Assembly: GCA_951406725.2 (NCBI GenBank)
Contig: OX597827.1
Coordinates: forward strand, 56,668,001-56,732,000
Length of the DNA stretch: 64,000 nucleotides
Direction of reading: 5' to 3'
From: Octopus vulgaris
Taxonomy: Eukaryota
Shown here: positions 62,999-64,000 of the stretch, in pieces
Position numbering within the stretch: the first letter of the stretch is position 1
Layout: every line of letters starts with the position of its first letter
Made by a program: the position numbers and the translations under genes
Notes under the pieces: model-generated
Seen by the model: the letters and a program-made list of their open reading frames with translations, nothing else
Database searches by the model: none
What the model was told of the DNA's origin: nothing

Positions 62999-63779
62999 CC
63001 AGTGTACAGTATTGTATATCTATTACGGCCGATCTTACCAATTGGTTTTGTGCTTAGGATTCAGCAGTGTTAAGTAACAATCTGATTATGTAACCCTGTG
63101 CTCATCAGAGGTAGCTGATATGGAATGAAGTATGGCGATTGCTCTCTATTGTTGGAGGTGAAAAGAACGTCTGATTTGCAGTTGTGAAAAAGATGATGAA
63201 ATGAAATGAGTAGGGGATTCCTCTACCCATTTTGTTCCATCCAAGCAGCAGCTTGTGAGAGTGTCAAATGCATTTCAGCCTAATTGCGCTTTATCAATGA
63301 TATAGTCACAACCAGCCACATGCCTAGATGAGATTTGTTGCCTCCAATATAGGAAATCCTTCTCTTCATCCTCCTCATCATTATTAACCTTTTAGTGTTC
63401 AGATTAATCTGTCAAATGCAATGCTTGTGTATTCACATTGTTAACTGTCCTTGTTTGTCCCCTCTATGTTTAGCCCCTTGTGGGCAATAAAGAAATAAGG
63501 ATTATTCTTAAAGTAGAAATGAATCTTCTTTGTATGTGTTCAGTTTAGTACTATATACATCTTTTATCTATTGCTTGTTTCAGGCATTAGACTGTGACCA
63601 TGCTGGAGCACCACCTTGAAGGATTTTTAATTGAATGAATTGATCAGTTTCTTTTAAAACCTGGTACTTATTCTATCAGTCTCTTTTGTTGAGCTGCTAG
63701 GTTATGGTGACATAAACATACCAACACAGGTTGTCAAATGGTGGTGGGGGACAAACATGCAAAGACACACACACACATC

Positions 63780-63832
63780 CCTCTTTCTCTTTCTCTCTCT
63801 CTCTATATATATGATATGTATATATGTGTATA

Positions 63833-63891
<59 letters not shown>

Positions 63892-63950
63892 TATATGTGT
63901 ATATATATGTATATATATATATATATATATTATATGTATATATGTGTATA

Positions 63951-64000
<50 letters not shown>
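63780..64000. repeat. (CT)/(TA)/(TG) compound microsatellite
   Basis: Read directly. Confidence 0.95.

Overview
AT-rich, repeat-saturated eukaryotic DNA, most likely an octopus (coleoid cephalopod) genome. That assignment is inferred from the tRNA-derived SINE families, dense TA/CA/ATT microsatellites and the CR1/RTE/Penelope/Helitron mix. No complete host gene is present, and almost all ORF-track entries are artefacts of SINEs and microsatellites. The best host-gene signal is the 5' end of a minus-strand gene: a CpG-rich promoter/first exon near 32.6 kb, a 58-nt non-coding exon (30777-30834) and a 91-nt exon (22980-23070) that starts a signal-peptide-like ORF ending in phase 1. The rest of that gene probably lies left of the window. 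Recognisable transposon proteins are a CR1 reverse transcriptase, a Gypsy RNase H/integrase, a mariner transposase, a Helitron helicase fragment and an L1/Tx1-type ORF1. Notable non-coding structures are several minimal hammerhead-ribozyme motifs in Penelope-like repeats, a 430-bp hairpin with a hammerhead-like core on each arm, a nested foldback/MITE complex at 55-58 kb, a TSD-flanked chimeric SINE, and SINE multimers that rejoin at one fixed internal site. Coordinates of degenerate repeats are approximate, and no database searches were run. I found no clearly novel multi-gene system.
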